64,000 bases of DNA. Source: Trichodelitschia bisporula (lineage: Eukaryota). The translations under genes were made by a program, and so were the position numbers. A model generated the notes under the pieces. It saw nothing but the letters and a program-made list of their open reading frames with translations. It was not told the DNA's origin and did not search any database. This document shows, piece by piece, positions 11,981 through 24,687 of the stretch (its first letter is position 1; each line of letters begins with the position of its first letter). The DNA is taken from NCBI GenBank assembly GCA_010356995.1, contig ML996694.1, forward strand, positions 743,224 through 807,223. The letters are read 5' to 3'.

Positions 11981-14699
11981 ATGCTGAGTAGGTGGGCGTG
12001 GTCGGGAGTTCGAACAGTGCGATGCAGCCATATGCTCCATCATGGGCGGATTGCGCGAGCATCGTCGCTCGCAGGCTCCAGCGTTCAAGATGAGCTCCGC
12101 CGGACGCGAAACATTGGCATCATAGCACACATCGATGCTGTATGTATTCTGGGACGACCATTCGAGTAACTCCTGACCGATTCAGGGCAAAACTACAACT
12201 ACAGAGCGAATGCTCTACTACAGTGGTCATACACGCCGTATCGGAGGTACATCCGCTGAACAATTATCCCGGTCACGTTACTCACCAATTCTAGATGTTG
12301 ACGAAGGCTCAACGGTAACGGACTTTCTGCCAGCTGAACGAGCTCGAGGGATCACGATTCAGTCGGCAGCTATCAGTTTCCAATGGCCACCAGGATCAGC
12401 AGGCTCGGTTTCGTCGGAGCCGGAAGGCGCCCGCAAATCCTCCATCCCGCACAACATCAACCTCATCGACACTCCAGGCCACGCCGATTTCACATTTGAA
12501 GTCCTACGATCCCTCCGCGTTCTGGACGGTGCCGTCTGCATTCTGGATGGCGTCGCTGGTGTCGAAGCTCAAACCGAAAAGGTTTGGACGCAAGCCAACC
12601 ACTACCGGATTCCCCGCATAGCTTATGTCAACAAGCTGGATCGCGATGGTGCTACCTTCAACCGCACCGTCAAGGAGATTGGCACTCGGCTCCGTGGTTG
12701 GCCTGCAGTTTGCCAGATTCCCTGGTGGAGAGCCGGAGACCGCAAACTGTGCGGTATTGGAGATGTCATCGGACTTCGTGCCCTGCTCTGGCAAGAAGGG
12801 GGAGACGGGACTGTGATTGAGTCTTTCAGTCTGGAGCAGCTTGAGTCGAAGGATGCGTCCCTGGCCAAAGAATTGATCAAAGCCCGAGCTGCGCTAGTGG
12901 AGATTCTCAGCGAGTTCGACGATAACATGGTGGAAAGTTTCCTGGAACATGACGAGAATCACTCAGCAATTCCGGAGACGGACATCGTCGCCTCGCTCCG
13001 GCGTTGTGTTCTTCAGTCACCACAAACCGTCATCCCGGTCCTCGCAGGAGCGAGCTTCAGGAACATTGGTGTCCAGCCTCTGCTGGATGCAGTCGTGGAT
13101 CTGCTACCGTCACCACTGGAAGCCCACGCCCCTGATGTGAGCGTCAAAGGCATCGACGGCACACTGCCGGAGCTTCTGAGCGGAAAGCTTCTCGAAACAG
13201 CGATTGCCGCACCTCGGAAAAAGCACAAGGCCAAAGGCCCGCTTCCGGCCGCTGCTACGATCCAGAACCTGCAAGGGTGTGGTCTGGCCTTCAAGGTCGT
13301 CAACGACTCCAAGCGCGGTATACTGGTCTATGTACGCGTGTACTCGGGATCAATTGCACGAGGCTCCCCGGTGTTCAACACCAATCTGAGTGTTACAGAG
13401 CGTGCACCGCGCCTTCTGCGAATGTATGGTTCTGAAGCTGTTGAGATCCCTTCAATTGAAGCTGGACAGATTGGCGTGATCGTCGGATTGAAACATGCGC
13501 GGACCGGCGACACGCTTATCTCGTACGCAAACATGAGTGCCAAAGCCGGGCCACCAGAGCCATTGAACGCGCTCCAACTTCGGCCTATCGCTGTCCCACC
13601 ACCGCTCTTTTTCACGAGTGTCATTCCAAACACCCTCTCCGAAGAGAAGCATGTGGAAGAGTCCCTTGAGGTTTTGCTCCGCGAGGATCCTAGCCTCAAC
13701 GTGTCCAAGGATCTGGAAAGTGGTCAGACTCACCTCGCGGGAATGGGTGAACTGCATCTGGAGATTGCACGCGACAGACTCCTGCAGGACTTCAAGGCCA
13801 GGGCAGAAATTGGCAAGATAGAAATCAACTATCGTGAGGCCATTCCTAGATCTGGACAGCCACGCACTGTGGAACTCGACCGAGAGATAGCAGGAAAGCA
13901 GGCCCGTGCAACGGCTGTCGCCGCTGTTGCACCACGGGATGAAAATATCACCAGTTCGGACGAAGAAACGGCCCAACACATCGAGCTGCCCGATAACAAT
14001 GTCTTAACCGTACGACATCCTACTCTAGACTCGTCCGGGCAACCTTTCGGTAAAGAGGACAAGCCACTTCCCCCGCAGCTATCACTTTCAATCCTTATCA
14101 GCGCTATAGCGAGTGGCACGACCGCGGCCCTAGCGAGGGGTCCCAGCTACTCTCTGCCACTCCACTCTACGCATGTTATCGTTACACTTGACACCAACAC
14201 CCAGCTGTTCCCTGACACCTCCTCAATGGCTGTATCAATGGCTACACGACAGGCTGTCACAGCAACTCTCAAGGCATCGACCAGCGAGACAAGCTCCGCC
14301 GTCATGGAGCCTGTCATGCTAGCCACCATCTCCGTCAACGAGAGTGGCTTGGGCAGCGTCGTTCAAGACCTCTCCTCTGCTCGTGGCGGACAAGTTCTCT
14401 CACTAGACGGCGAGGAGAGCACGCATCAGGAGGATAATTCCCTCACCATTGATGCCCAAAAAATCTACGCTCCGCCTGATCCTTGGGCTTCAGATACCGG
14501 CTCATCCGGACCTGGCGCTGGAGTAGACAAGACTCGGCAAATCACCGCGAGAGTGCCGCTGCGTGAGATGGTGGGATATCTCAAGCATCTCAGAAGCTTG
14601 ACTGGAGGCCGTGGCACATTCATCATGCAGGTTGATCGATTCGAGAAGGTTGGCGGACAACGTCTGAAGCGGTTATTGAGCGAGCTCAGGGGCATCTGA
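11981..14699 (+). CDS. MEF2: Mitochondrial ribosome-releasing factor 2 (EF-G2mt)
   Basis: Introns 12140-12185 and 12247-12294 give [25 protein letters not shown]. Also RGITI, DTPGHADF, NKLD and GMGELHLEI. The Arg-rich N-terminus resembles a mitochondrial presequence. Divergent from VPS17 across about 250 bp. Confidence 0.95.
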
Positions 14700-16647
14700 G
14701 TTGTCACCACATGACGACCTTTCTTCCACCACCCGATACGCGCCTAAACATTTCGTCCCTGGTGTGGTGCTCTTGCACCTGACTGGTACATCGAGTGCAA
14801 CCCCATTTTTGGGTCTGCAGATGGTCTCGATGTCATTCGACCGGCATGGGGCCGCGTTGCAGCGGACAAACACGCGCGGCCAAACTCTCCTCTCTCCATC
14901 AATGGACGTGCCTTTGGCCACCCTCCTGATCCTTCGAGCCTCTCTTCCAAACCTGTAACGTACGAACCATCGTCCAGGCCTCGCAACTATCCACGCGGCT
15001 GCGGCTTCCATACAATACAACTCCAGCTCATGTAGCAAAATGGAAACATGAAGGGTGTGATCAAACGTCAGTTGCCGTCCTGGCGCAGAATTCGACTTCC
15101 TACCGTCATGTTCCACGAGCGGGGCAGTCGTCATCACAGCGTGAATGATCAACAACAGCAATAACTCACCTGTCCACGTATCCCCAGATTTCCAGGGCTT
15201 TCTGAACGCTCAATTCCAAGACTACCGTTGGTGCATATCAGCCAATCCGGAATCACCGGATACTTTTGAGTTATTAAGTAGGGTTCCCGCCACGACTTTC
15301 CTTGACCGTTACCTCCAATATTAATTCTTCATGTCGCGTATAGGGTGGCGAGAGCTAATCCTCACGTGGATGGCAGCCGTTCCCAAGCAGCTGGGTGGAT
15401 ATCAGCTCGAAATCACGAAACATTGCTCGCCACACCTTCCACGCCTACGGCAGCTAAGTTCCCGCTCCGATCCTGCAGATCCTCGAGATCTTATCTTGTG
15501 TTCTGCGGTGGAAAGGCTTGTTTTCCGCCGCGCAATGCAAATGTTTCCATTCCTTCCATGGACCACCTCGGCCAAGTTTCGTTCCTGGCAGACCTGAGCG
15601 AGACGCCGTGCATGTTTGATGTTTCGATCACCTTTCCTCAGCACGCACCACATCGCTTAACATCCACTCGAAACGTAGCATGCCCCCATCCGGTTCTCAA
15701 GCCAATATGTGGCTCGGACGCTATAATCGTTGAGGCTTGTTTGGTGGCCCGCTGCAACGCGCGGCAGCCCGCCTGATGGACGATAATCGCGGCGTGAGGC
15801 GCTTTCACACTGGACCCTCTGACGGTGGAATTCTAACTTTGGAAATGGGAATTCAACTTGCTTCAAGGTTACGTACAACAACATGAAATTATTGTTGCGA
15901 ATTCGTGGATGCATGGCTTCCGCACAGGTCAAGTGCGAGATAGATGAGGTCGAGGCGCGCGTTCCACGAAACAGCCGTGGGAGTTCGCAACACCTTTGCA
16001 AAAGGTACCTCTCCTAACTCTCTGTCTCTATAGGGGCACATTCTGACGGCTCTTAGTGGATTGGGGGGCGAAAAGGTTGGTTTCGCCAGCTCGAGCCATC
16101 TAGGCCGGGCCGAGTCGCATCAGCTCATCTCTCCCAATATCTCTGAGATCCCCCCGGCCTAACATCCCTGCCGGGTACTTTGGCGGAGCGCCGTCTCCGC
16201 CGAGACCAACAAAGTTACTCGCTCACATGGAGGCAGTCCCACTATACGCTCTCTATACCACTGGGGCAAGTCCCAATATTGCCCCAGCCTCCTAGAACAT
16301 CGTGCGCCATACAATATAGGGTGCCCCATGATCCAGAACAAGGTCGACCGCCGCACACGAGGCTCGCCACACATATTGACCTCCACCACAGTCCGTGGCC
16401 AAGCTGACGTATCCCCCCCGTTTGGTATCGATCAGTCTCTGGCACAGTGCACCGTTGCTGTTTCGTCGAGAGGTGGGTACTATATTGCTATCCATCGCGA
16501 TAAGGTCCAGGATGTAGAGTGGAATGTAGCATCAGCTCTTAAGCTTTGCGGGTCCTTTTCTAGAGACTGCAGGAAGCCACAACCTCATGCATTTGGCATT
16601 CTCATTCCCTCATTCTTGACACAGAGTGTTCAATTCAGCACATCACA

Positions 16648-19275
16648 ATGGCCGACATAAAGGGCCCCACATACCGGGCGAAGCCCATCAGCGACGACGG
16701 CTCAACAGAGCAGATCGAGTTCCTCGACGAGAAGAAGGCGCAAGTTCATGTCATTGACCGGACCGATTCGAGTGACGATGAGATTGTGTACACACGTCCG
16801 CCCAAGGACACCCACGACTTGGTCACCGAAGTCATTCTTGCCGAGGACGACCCAACACTGAATCCATGGACGTTCCGGACATGGTTTCTAGGTATGCTTC
16901 ATCGTTTCGTCCGGTTCGAAGCTCACAGCCAAAGGCTTGTCCATTGCGTGCTTTGCTGCAGCAACTACGGCAATCAACACATTCAAACCGCAGCCGGTGC
17001 ACATTCACCTTGTGTTTATCGCGGTGTTGAGTTACGTGTTGGGTGAAGTTATGGCGAAGGTGCTTCCTTCCAGGGGGCGGATCGGAAGGATCATCAACCC
17101 TCATCCGGTATGTTCGTCATTGGTTCTCTTTTGGATGGATGCCTAGAATCATGTTACACCATCCACATTTCCTGGAATCTGGACCCGTATTCGTATTTCA
17201 ATGCTAACCTCCACAGTTCAACAAGAAAGAACATGCCGCCATATGCATCATGGCCGTGTCCGGCGGGTCTACCCCCGAGGCCATGATGATTCTCGCGGTC
17301 CAAAAGTTGTGGTACGGCATCCGGCCGCATCCGTTCTACGCCATCTGCTTGATCTTCTCCGCGCAAATGCTTGGGTACGGTGTAGCTGGTCTGCTGCGCA
17401 AAACGCTAGTGTACCCGACGAAGATGTTCTATCCCGCCAATCTGCCTACCGCATCGCTCTTGGAGAGCTTGCACAAGGACAAGGTTACAACCAAGCGGAA
17501 GATGAAGGTCTTTTACATCGGTCTGGCCGTCTTGTTCTGCTGGCAGGCCTTCCCGCAGTACATCAGTATGTCTCCTACGTTATATTTCGTTGCTTCGCGC
17601 TGACCCCTGAAGTGCCCGTCCTCGGCGGTGTGTCCATCTTTTGCCTGACTCACCGCAACAGCCTCTTTGTTACGAATCTCTTCGGTGGTTCAATGGCGAA
17701 CGAAGGCCTTGGTGTCCTCGCTCTGTCTTTCGACTGGCAGCTGATCGCCGGCGCCAAGAATCCCATGTGGTTGCCGCTCCAGACTCAGGTCAACGAGCTC
17801 ATCGGCTATGTGATCTCCATCGGAATGTACATGGGCATCTTCTACTCTAACACCTGGCACGCTCGGTCCCTTCCGTTTCTCTCGCCCCTGCTCTTCCATA
17901 ACTCGTCAACCGCTCATAAATACGTTACATACGACGTGAAGAAAATCCTCAACAAGAAGTGGGAGGTTGACGAGGGCCTGTTGGCCAACTACGGCCTGCC
18001 GTCTTTCTCCGCATCCTACGCTACGAGCCTGACAACCATCAACATCGCCATCGCCGCCACCATCACTCACATGCTTCTTTGGCATTACCATGACATTAAG
18101 TCAGCTTGGGCGTTTATGAGTGGCTCGAACATGATCCATTTTGTCCAGCCGTGGAAGTGGCACTGGAAATTCTGGGAAAACCGCGGAGTCAAGATTACGA
18201 AGGAAGAGGCCGAGGCCATTGACCCGCACTACGCGCTCATGACGGAGTATGAGGAAGTCCCCGGCTGGTGGTTTGGATCCATCTGGATAGCCGCTGTCGT
18301 TGTAGGCATGACGATGTGCTATCTCGCCGATACCACACTTCCGTGGTGGGGTTTCCTGATCGCCTGCCTGCTTTCGACCGTACTCCTCACCTTCTTCGCC
18401 GCGTTGACTGCCATGTTCGGCTTCAGCCTGCTGGTCCAGCCTTTTATTCAGATGATCGGTGCCTATCTTCTTCCCGGCAAGCCCCTCGCAAACATGTACT
18501 TCTCGACCTATGGCTTCAATTCGCTCTATCAGGCCAAACTCATGCTCAAGGATCTCAAGCTTGGGCAATACACGCATTTAGCCCCCAAGTGTACCTTCGC
18601 CATGCAACTCATCGGGACGAGCGTCGGCTGCCTCATCTCGTACATCATGATGGAAAAGATTACGACCGAGAAGCGCGACGTCCTCATGGCCATTCAGGGC
18701 ACCAACGTTTGGTCAGGCCACATGCTCCAGTCGACCAACACAGTGGTACGTCCCAAATCCCTTGGCCCCAAGACTTTCAAATAGCTAACCACCCCCACTT
18801 TTAGGCAGTTGCATGGGGAGGCCTTGCAAAATACCTTTTCTCATTCGGTAAACGCTACCAATGGGTCCCCATCGGCTTCATGATCGGTTGCGCCGCGCCC
18901 CTCCCCTTCTGGCTCCTGGATCGGTACCTGTTCCCCAAGGCCGGGCTCGGGTACTACAACTTCGCGATCATCGCCGCGGCGCTCGGCGGGCTGGCCCACG
19001 GCACACACAGCGCCTACCTCATGCACTACGCTCTCGGCTTTTTCTGCCAGTTCTACCTCCGTCGGTACCGGCCCAACTGGTTCATCAAGTACAACTACAT
19101 TCTGTCGGCGGGCATGGACGGCGGCTCGAGTCTTATCAACTTCTTGCTCACGTTTTCCGTGTTTGGCGGCGCGGGCAAGGCGGTTAAGTTCCCGTCTTAC
19201 TGGGGAAATAATCATAACAGTGGCAACTTTGATTACTGTATGCGCGACCCCGCTATGGGGAAGAGGCACACGTAG
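16648..19275 (+). CDS. OPT-family oligopeptide transporter
   Basis: Introns 16892-16934, 17108-17216, 17566-17612 and 18746-18804 restore DDPTLNPWTFRTWFLG, NPHPFNKKEH, DLKLGQY and KYNYILSAGMDGG. Confidence 0.95.
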
Positions 19276-21651
19276 GTGGTGTGGCTCTGGGTGGCATGAC
19301 TGGTCACTGGTTTGCCCGACACTTTCTTTATTGTTTTTACGATGCATGCCCAATGAGATGAGAACAGAACCATAGGATATCCTGTACTAAAGACTTAACC
19401 GGCGCTGTTTGGAAGCTAGAATTGGGGGCGGGGAATTTTCTTGGAAAGTGCGCGTATCACTTCCATGGACATACAATTGACAGTTACTCTTGTACTATAC
19501 CTACAGCATCATCTCACTCGCTTTTGCATTTTTGGGTTTGAAGCGACGGGGGAGGAGGCTCGTGCTGAGCACTGACAAAACAATGGGGACGTTTCAGGTG
19601 TGGAGGACAAGGCGTGGAGATGACGGCATTCCCGACATCACCCGCCAAAATATGAAGCTGTATATTACTCTGCACGAACCGATCCCGTGGCATGCCTCGC
19701 GCCATCTCTCCCCACTTGCACCCCGGAGCCGATTCCAACCCCCTGCAGCGATAAGTAGGTCGATCCAGAGCCCAGCCCACAAGGTCTGCCCGTCCAGAAC
19801 TAGATCGCGCCGGAATTCCACCCCCGGAAGGCTACGTCAATATGTGCGGCTCGGCGGTCAATTTTTAAGTTCTTAGCGCCACGGCACATAGAAGGCGCAC
19901 TTTTTCTATATGCCTTGGCGGTTTCGTTCTAGGTTAAGCCAAGGTTGGGCGTTTGGCTGTCGATCTGAGATCGGGATGGGCGACGGGGGATGGGGTCGGG
20001 GCAGGGAATGGGGTCGGGGCGGGGGAGGGTAGTGCGAGGTACGAGACGGGCGATAGTAAGCGTGGGCTAGGACGCATAGAGACGGCTGGGGAGGCCGAGG
20101 TCCGGATTGGGATGTTGGGAATGAGGTGGGCTATGAGTTGCGGGGTGGGTGGATGGGGTCGGATGGCCCCGACGCTTTTCTTGTGGGGAGAGGTGGTTCG
20201 GTCGGTTCACATCTGCGAGGCTGAGGACTGCCGGCGAGGCTTTGGGCGTTTCGATTCCCGCGCTCCGAGTTCTTGAACGCGCTGAATTTGTGGCCGAAAC
20301 CGATGGTATTTCGTCGGCTTCTCCGCTGCGCTTGCCCGGCGAAGGATCTGAGAGGTTGAACAAGACCGGGAAGTCTGCAAAGTGCTGACTTGGAGGTTCC
20401 CTCCCCAAGCCAAGGTGTCAACGGACTCTTCGTTTAAGGCTCGTTCGTGAAGCCACCCTGCAGCCGTGGGACCTGGCGATCGAGATCTTCGTGCAGCATT
20501 TTCGACCTTCCGGTTTGGGCACACATTAGCGCCTCAAGGCTAGGCATGAAGAAGAGATCCACTTTGGGTACCTCGCTTGCTTCCGGCAGTTGGTTTGTAT
20601 GGCATACGTCTTGTGACCAGCTATGGGGTGTAAACGACGAGCTCGTGGAGAGAGTACAATGTGCAGTGGAAAAAGCGAGCTAATTTCTAGGGGTTATGTA
20701 TCATTTGCACTCATATGTACATCCGTATATCTGGTTCAAAGTGCTTGTGAACAGCGGATGTAGCTCCGATGCTGCTCGGCTTCCGTCATGTGTGTAACAT
20801 CTGAAGTTGTCGCGGCATCGACCGCCCTGGATCACGTCATCTGGCACCCGTCCACATAAGTCAGCGCCTCTCCCGTTTCCTCAAGCCACTTCAGATCCAC
20901 CTTTTCAGCGGCTAGTCAACCTTATCTGAACATCTGCCAAACTGCCTGACATGTTGCATCGCGATGCCTCCAGCTGTCCGCCAGCTAGACCGGAGCACAC
21001 TAACAATCGAATGATATTTGTTTCAGAATCGCTTGCGAGCCTTTGATTCTGCTTGTTCGCCAAACTTTGCTGTCTTATGGTCGCGGTTGTCACCGGCTAC
21101 CCTACATTCGGAGCCTCTTCCTTGCGGGCGAGGAGCATCACGCCTCTGAGGAATATCACTCCACCGAAACTCACTGAACTGTATTGGGGAACAGCAGCGA
21201 GGATATCTGCTCAATTGTACTCACCGAGGAGCCACGTGACAATAAGTAACGTTTTATGACCCCCGCAAGGCCGAAGTGGCGTCCCCGAAGTTCCATATAC
21301 ATTAGCCGAAAGTACACACCTCTTCATGCTCAGATGCCGCGTTCTTCTCCCACACGTTAGCTCAGCTGCTAAGAACAACAGAATAATCTAGAAATATGCT
21401 CGCAAGCGCAATGGTTCCCCCTCGGGGTCTTCTCCGCGACAACGTCTATCGTTGGCTACTCGAGAGGCAAACCACAGCCACTCACTTGCCTCGCAAGTCT
21501 CGGAAAGGCCCGAAACCCTAGGGCTTTTGTATGGCCTGATAGCTAGTGTATTTTTTGACCGGTGGATGGTATCGCCACCGCGGGTGCTATATATCATCTA
21601 GTGCGTGTTCGTACGACGCTCTCGTTGACAGACACACTCTCGCTCTTTACA

Positions 21652-23850
21652 ATGTCTCCCACGAGCAGCTACGCCGCTGCTCTAGCCACTCTTTTGGCCT
21701 TTGCCAGTCCTTCCCTCGCCGCGGAAAAAGCGCCCTATGCGCGCCTGAGTCCCGCCTTCAACAGCGCGTGGAAGAATCCGCTCCCTATTCCGGAGATCAA
21801 GAAGCCTTTGACCAGTATCAAAAACCCGGATACAGGCGCACCAATCGACTTCTACGAAATCGAAGTCAAATCCTTCAAGCACAAGTTCTTCCCGAACCTG
21901 CAGGAGGCTGATCTTGTTGGGTACGATGGCGCGTTTCCCGGCCCCGTGTTCCACGTCGAGAAGGGGAGAGAGACAGTGGTGAGGGTTGTTAACCGGTTTG
22001 TGAATGCGACGAATGTGCATCTTCATGGGTCTTTTAGTAAGGTTTCCTGACATTGAGTCGGGAGAGATGCTGACCGGCTAGGCCGAGCACCGTGGGATGG
22101 CTGGGCAAACGACGGCATTCCCTCCGGGCATTACAAAGGTATGCCTCCGCCACCAGATCCATATCCCGTTCTTACCGCCTAGACTACTACTACCCCAACG
22201 CCGCCGCTCGCATGCTCTGGTACCACGTACGACCCGTCTCCCTCCTTTCTAACCTCTCTAACTGCCTAGGACCACATCAACAAAGAGAGCGCCATAAACG
22301 CCTACCGCGGCCTCGTCGGCGTGTACAACATCATCGACTCCACCCTTGACAAATCCCTCAACCTACCCACCGGGGCCTACGACATCCCCCTCGTGCTCAC
22401 AGCGCACTACTTCACGCCTTCCGGCGGGCTCTCCAACGAGCGCGCTGAGCACAACTCCATCTACGGCGACACCTTCCTTGTCAACGGCGCCATCCAGCCC
22501 GCGCTCGCTGTTGAGCCGCGCAAGTACCGCTTCCGCATCTTGAATGCCGCGGTGAGCAGGGTGTTCAACCTGACACTCACGGATGACAAGGGCGCGGTGG
22601 TGCCGGTCGCCGTTGTGGGGAGCGATGGCGGGTACAGGGCTGCTCCGGCGGCGGCAAGGAGCTTGTTGCTCGGCATGGCGGAGAGGTGGGAGGTTGTTGT
22701 TGATTTTAAGGGGTTGGAGGGCAAGGCGCTGACGCTAGCGACGCATGATGTGTGGACGGATGCGAAGTATAAAGGCAGTGGGGAGATGCTGAGGTTCAAT
22801 GTGGAGAGGAGCGTGAAGGATACGAGTGGGAATGAGCTGCCGAAGAGTTTTGGGGTTGATTTAAGGTTTCCGAGTGGGAAGGTGGCGGGGGGGAAGAACT
22901 TTACGCTGGACAGCCATCATGATCTCATGCAAGTTCTTCGCGGATGATGAAGAGCCGGGCTAATCGGGATAGGTGGGGAATGAACGGACTCCATATGGAT
23001 GATCCCATGAAGCGTGTCATGCTCCGTCCGGCGCTGGGTACGATCGAGCGGTACATCTTCAAGAGCTCCGGTATGGGGCCGCAGGGGTCCGGCATCTCGG
23101 CGGATCCGGTGCTCAAGGCAATCTCGAAGAGCAATGCTGCTGCGCCGACGAAGAGGAGCCCAATGGGTGGCTCGGTCAGGGTGTGGTTCCAGGCTGTGAA
23201 GCGGCAGATGGGTGGCATGGGCAATATGGGCGGCATGATGGGCGGTATGGGGAATATGGGAGGCATGGGCGGTATGGGCGGCATGATGGGCGGTATGGGC
23301 GGTATGGGCGGCATGATGGGCGACAACCTGAAGTGGACACACGCGCTGCACATGCACCTAGTCGACATCCAACTGATCTCCCGGCGCAAGGACAACGCCT
23401 CACTCCCGGAAGGCCGGTCATACCTCGAGCCGTACGAGGTGGGCTCCGTGAAAGACACAATCGTTCTGGGCAGCAACGAGGTCGTGGAGGTCCTGGCTAA
23501 GTTCACGCCCTACCCGGGCGTCTACGTAAGTCTCCGCTCTCCGGGTTGTGACTGATGGTGGATACTGATATGGGTAGATGTTCCACTGCCATAACTTCGT
23601 CCACAGCGATCAAGGCATGATGGCCGCGTTCAATGTTACGCGGCTTGCGGACATGGGGTACAGTGAGCTTGAGGCGCGGCTGGAGGACCCGATGGATGCG
23701 CGGTTCCGCTCGAAGGCATACACGGGAACGAATCTGGATGAGGTGCGCACCAAGGTGTTGCCGATGTTTGCTGGTCTGAAGGCTTATCCGGACATACGCG
23801 CGTTGGAGAAGCTGGAGGATAAGTACTGGGCGGCGAAGACGGCGGCATAA
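21652..23850 (+). CDS. Secreted multicopper oxidase, bilirubin oxidase/CotA-like
   Basis: Signal peptide. Introns 22037-22081, 22139-22182, 22227-22269, 22929-22972 (GC-AG) and 23526-23577 give all four copper motifs: HLHG, WYHDH, WTHALHMH and HCHNFVHSDQGMM. Also SRAPWDGWA, VEPRKYRFRILNAA and EDPMDARF. Confidence 0.93.
23208..23321 (+). repeat. Coding repeat encoding a Gly/Met tract (MGGMGNMGGMMGG...)
   Basis: Imperfect 9- and 12-nt ATGGGCGGY units in frame within the oxidase. Confidence 0.9.
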
Positions 23851-24033
23851 GTGATGCATTTGAAAGGTACCTATGAAACCATGAATGCGAAGAGATCCCT
23901 CAACCGTGCCTTGCTTGACCTTTCATCTGTCTCTTTAAGCTCATTGGTAGCTACACTCGTGTATGGCTGTGTTTTCAATAACCATCTCGCTCATACCGGA
24001 TACATGTTTTGATTTCTCAAGTTCTGCGATTCA

Positions 24034-24582
24034 CTATATACAAAGCCCCCCGCCAGAGACCCAGTTATTTTCAAGCTCAGGGGCTATAGATAAACAGATA
24101 TCCCTAGTTACCCCTTCAAAATGATCCATAAGTCCTCCTATTGGGGAATTCTGAGACGGAGAAAAGGAGGAGATCAACCTGTCTTCCGAGGCTTTGACGA
24201 CAATGACATCGGTCTCAGAGACTGTGACGCCGTGCAGCTTTTTGAAAGCGAAGATGAGCTGTTTGTAATGCTCGGAGCCGGGGTTCCGGTTAAGTACAAT
24301 GAGATCCAGAGCAACGACCTCGTAGTGATCCGGGCGATTACCACGAGCACACGCTCGGTCACAATGACGGCCACGTGCGGTGTTACGACTCCTTCGGGGA
24401 GTTTGGAAAGAGCGATGGAGTAACTGAAGGCAGGTGCGACTGCCGGTAGGGGGAAGGGGGGGAAACCGATGAATTCTCCGGTTACAAGCTTTGGCTATCT
24501 GAACATGAGACGTCAGCATCTAGAGTAGAAGAAGTGCAGGTGTGCTTACCATGATGGAGAGGGCACTCTTTTCTTCGCCCAT
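24034..24582 (-). CDS. Small hypothetical protein
   Basis: ATG at 24582 (MGEEKSALSIM), then intron 24499-24549 (gtaagc...gctgac...ttcag), which splices in frame into ORF 24034..24519. No family is recognised. Confidence 0.45.
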
Positions 24583-24687
24583 CTGATATCAAGTTCCACA
24601 GCAACCATCCCCATTTCACTAAGCCACGTCATACGAACAATCTCATCAATCATTTCGATTGAGATCTACCACTGCCTCGTGAACCAT

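Noticed and set aside
19953..20610. Overlapping ORFs and a G-rich 18-bp duplication between the OPT and oxidase genes
   Set aside because: Splice-like signals exist but I could not build a consistent gene model, and the sequence is low complexity.
23071..23207. Possible intron removing part of the oxidase insertion
   Set aside because: The gtatgg donor at 23071 is phase 1, while the acceptors I checked (23192 and 23207) are phase 0, so splicing would frameshift.
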